This document shows positions 62,446 through 64,000 of a DNA stretch of 64,000 nt, in pieces (position 1 is the first letter of the stretch; the number at the start of each line of letters is the position of its first letter). Origin of the DNA: Candidatus Limnocylindrales bacterium (GTDB lineage Bacteria; Chloroflexota; Limnocylindria; Limnocylindrales; CSP1-4). The stretch covers positions 6,116 to 70,115 of the forward strand of contig DATFHO010000030.1 in the NCBI GenBank assembly GCA_035248345.1, written 5' to 3'. A program made the translations under genes and the position numbers. The notes under the pieces are model-generated. The model did not search any database, had not been told where the DNA came from, and saw nothing but the letters and a program-made list of their open reading frames with translations.

Positions 62446-63066
62446 TCAGGCGGGCAGGTCCAGGCTGCGCGCGTCGAGCGCGCCTTCGCGGACCCATTCG
62501 ACGAGGTCGCGGTTCACGACGATCGTGCCGCCGGGCTCTTCGACGATGTCCGGGCCGACGCGGAACATGATCGATGCATCGGTGAGCGGCACCATCGGAT
62601 CGCGCGCCCGCAGCGCGGCCAGCGGATCCTGGCCCACGGAGGAGTGCAGGCGCCCGGCGACGAGGTAGCGGCCGGTTCGGAGCACCAGTCGATGCGTCTT
62701 CGTCGGGATGCGCAGCGCGCGATCGCCGCGTGGGCCACCCACGCGAACCAGCGCCAGCTCATGCCGGCCCACCAGGATCTCAGGGACCACCATCGAGCCG
62801 CCGTCGGGCAGGCGCTCGGCGAGCGCGTCGACGAGCACGAATTCCTGGTGCGCGTTGAGCATGTCCGTCAGGCGCGCATTTTCGAGCCGCACGCGACCCG
62901 AGAGGCGTTCGGACGTCGAGTAGGCGACGAAGTCCACCTCGGGCAGGTCGGCCTTCGCGTCGGCGCCGAGCACGCGGCGGCCATCGGGCCCGGGCTGGCG
63001 CAGCACGAGCCGAAGACGGGACCCGATCGATCCGATCACGGGCCAAAGGATGCGCGGACGCACCAC
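62446..63066 (-). CDS. Hypothetical protein (206 aa) with apparent internal duplication
   Basis: The two halves share the pattern L.GR...(5-6)..D.L.A....V.L.DA ... GG..VV (ERLSGRVRLENARLTDMLNAHQEFVLVDALAE versus RYLVAGRLHSSVGQDPLAALRARDPMVPLTDASIM). I recognise no family. Confidence 0.45.
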   Translation of the reverse strand: MVRPRILWPVIGSIGSRLRLVLRQPGPDGRRVLGADAKADLPEVDFVAYSTSERLSGRVRLENARLTDMLNAHQEFVLVDALAERLPDGGSMVVPEILVGRHELALVRVGGPRGDRALRIPTKTHRLVLRTGRYLVAGRLHSSVGQDPLAALRARDPMVPLTDASIMFRVGPDIVEEPGGTIVVNRDLVEWVREGALDARSLDLPA

Positions 63067-63128
63067 CGAATGCGAGCCCGCCGAAGGTACGGGCCGCGTT
63101 CGAACGAGGGGCTATCGTCGGATCGGTC

Positions 63129-64000
63129 ATGCAGCCTCGACCGATCGACATGCACCGCGACATGCCCGGCGTCGCCGACCTGCTCGGCCGCACGCGCGCC
63201 GGCGGCGGGCTCACCCATCCCGGCGGCATCCAGTGGTGGCTCCGTGGGCTCGGCATGGACGGCTTCGAGGACCTTGGCGCCTACGTCTGGGCGGCCGACG
63301 ACGGCGAGCTCGGTGGCTTCGCGCTCGTCGACGGCGACTTCGTGGTCATCGAGCGCATCGATGGCGGTCCATCGACGCTGGAGCAGGTCGCGTGGCTCGA
63401 ACGCGAGATGCGGTCCAAGGGCCGCGCGGCGATCGAGTTCCATGTCGCGGAGCGCGATCCCGTCCGCGGTGAGCTCGAGGCGCGGGGCTATCGCGAGAAC
63501 GGCAAGGAGCTCGAGCTCGTCGCTGACGTGGCGGCGGAGCCCGAGCGCGCCCCGCTTCCCGACGGCTTCCGCATGGGCTCGCTGCTCGACGTCACCGACG
63601 ATGCGTACGTCTCGGGCCACGTCGCGGCCTGGTCGGATACGAAGCCATCGTCCTACCGGCGCGAGCTGCACGACGCGGTGACGTCGATGCCCCAGTTCCG
63701 TCCGGATCTCGTGACCGTCGCGATCGCACCCGACGGGCGAGTTGCCGCGTGCACCATCGGGTGGCTGGACGATCGCTCGAAGACCCTCGAGATCGAGCCG
63801 TTGGGTACGGATCGCGACTTCCGCCGGCTCGGGTTCGGCCACGCGATCGTCAAGGAAGTCCAGCATCGGGCATGGGCGAACGGCGCGACGCGCGTCCTGG
63901 TGTGGAACCAGCGGGAGTCGAACGAGGCCGCCTACGGCCTCTACACCGGCGCCGGCATGCCGATCAACCGGACGCTCGTGCTCTTGCGGAAGGTGTTCTG
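63129..64000 (+). CDS. Two-domain GNAT acetyltransferase (MshD-like architecture), 3' end outside window
   Basis: Open frame from ATG 63129 to the window edge, absent from the ORF track because it has no stop. The translation MQPRPIDMHRDMPGVADLLG... has a second-domain motif A, IEPLGTDRDFRRLGFGHAIV. Confidence 0.6.
   Translation, partial: MQPRPIDMHRDMPGVADLLGRTRAGGGLTHPGGIQWWLRGLGMDGFEDLGAYVWAADDGELGGFALVDGDFVVIERIDGGPSTLEQVAWLEREMRSKGRAAIEFHVAERDPVRGELEARGYRENGKELELVADVAAEPERAPLPDGFRMGSLLDVTDDAYVSGHVAAWSDTKPSSYRRELHDAVTSMPQFRPDLVTVAIAPDGRVAACTIGWLDDRSKTLEIEPLGTDRDFRRLGFGHAIVKEVQHRAWANGATRVLVWNQRESNEAAYGLYTGAGMPINRTLVLLRKVF

Overview
This is a very high-G+C window: typical 60-nt lines hand-count to about 70-73% G+C. 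It is gene-dense, with about 63 protein-coding genes and many 1-nt (TGATG) or 4-nt (ATGA/GTGA) start/stop overlaps. I found no rRNA, tRNA, CRISPR array, transposase or integrase. The gene content looks Actinomycetota-like: a VKOR-DsbA pair, an MMPL transporter, a septum-formation-family protein and an MshD-like tandem GNAT. I cannot assign taxonomy without a search.

Gene content from left to right:
- 1-1658: an ECF sigma fragment and a beta-propeller anti-sigma candidate.
- 1680-10052: a long minus-strand catabolic operon (aldehyde dehydrogenase, dimethylglycine/sarcosine dehydrogenase, EtfBA, flavin monooxygenase) ending in a GAF-adenylate cyclase.
- 10134-14757: an XRE regulator, an APC permease, and a nucleotidyltransferase + metallophosphoesterase pair.
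- 14981-19861: an ABC importer plus a HAD hydrolase.
- 19985-24073: a 1362-aa GAF/GGDEF/EAL protein.
- 24024-25828: BI-1, PduO-type adenosyltransferase and a DUF59 protein.
- 26084-28555: a two-component system with a Gly-rich membrane protein.
- 28641-32832: MarR-ClC divergent from an ABC-2 exporter.
- 35528-37886: pabB-pabC.
- 37957-39812: an S41-like lipoprotein plus MarR.
- 39778-41808: kamA and a downstream unknown.
- 43203-46711: MMPL plus an AttH-like lipoprotein.
- 46771-50118: an Rrf2 regulator, cupredoxin-fused NirK and a polytopic membrane protein.
- 50133-51457: VKOR-DsbA.
- 51622-54353: an MsrQ-like/ApbE cluster.
- 55857-57512: an MFS::cNMP-binding fusion.
- 57531-62207: ettA, then GNATs, a CoA-transferase and a lower-G+C two-gene islet.

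The most interesting candidates are:
1. A MenT/AbiEii-like NTase coupled to a metallophosphoesterase instead of a wHTH antitoxin.
2. An MsrQ-like/ApbE cluster whose only flavinylation-motif candidate is the C-terminal tail of a tiny membrane-anchored protein.
3. A repeat-laden, probably structured 255-nt intergenic region (25829-26083).
4. The NO/nitrite module, with its unclassified 12-TM partner.

Two partial genes at the window edges (1..282 and 63129..64000) are absent from the ORF track. All family assignments come from motif recognition by eye, not from searches.
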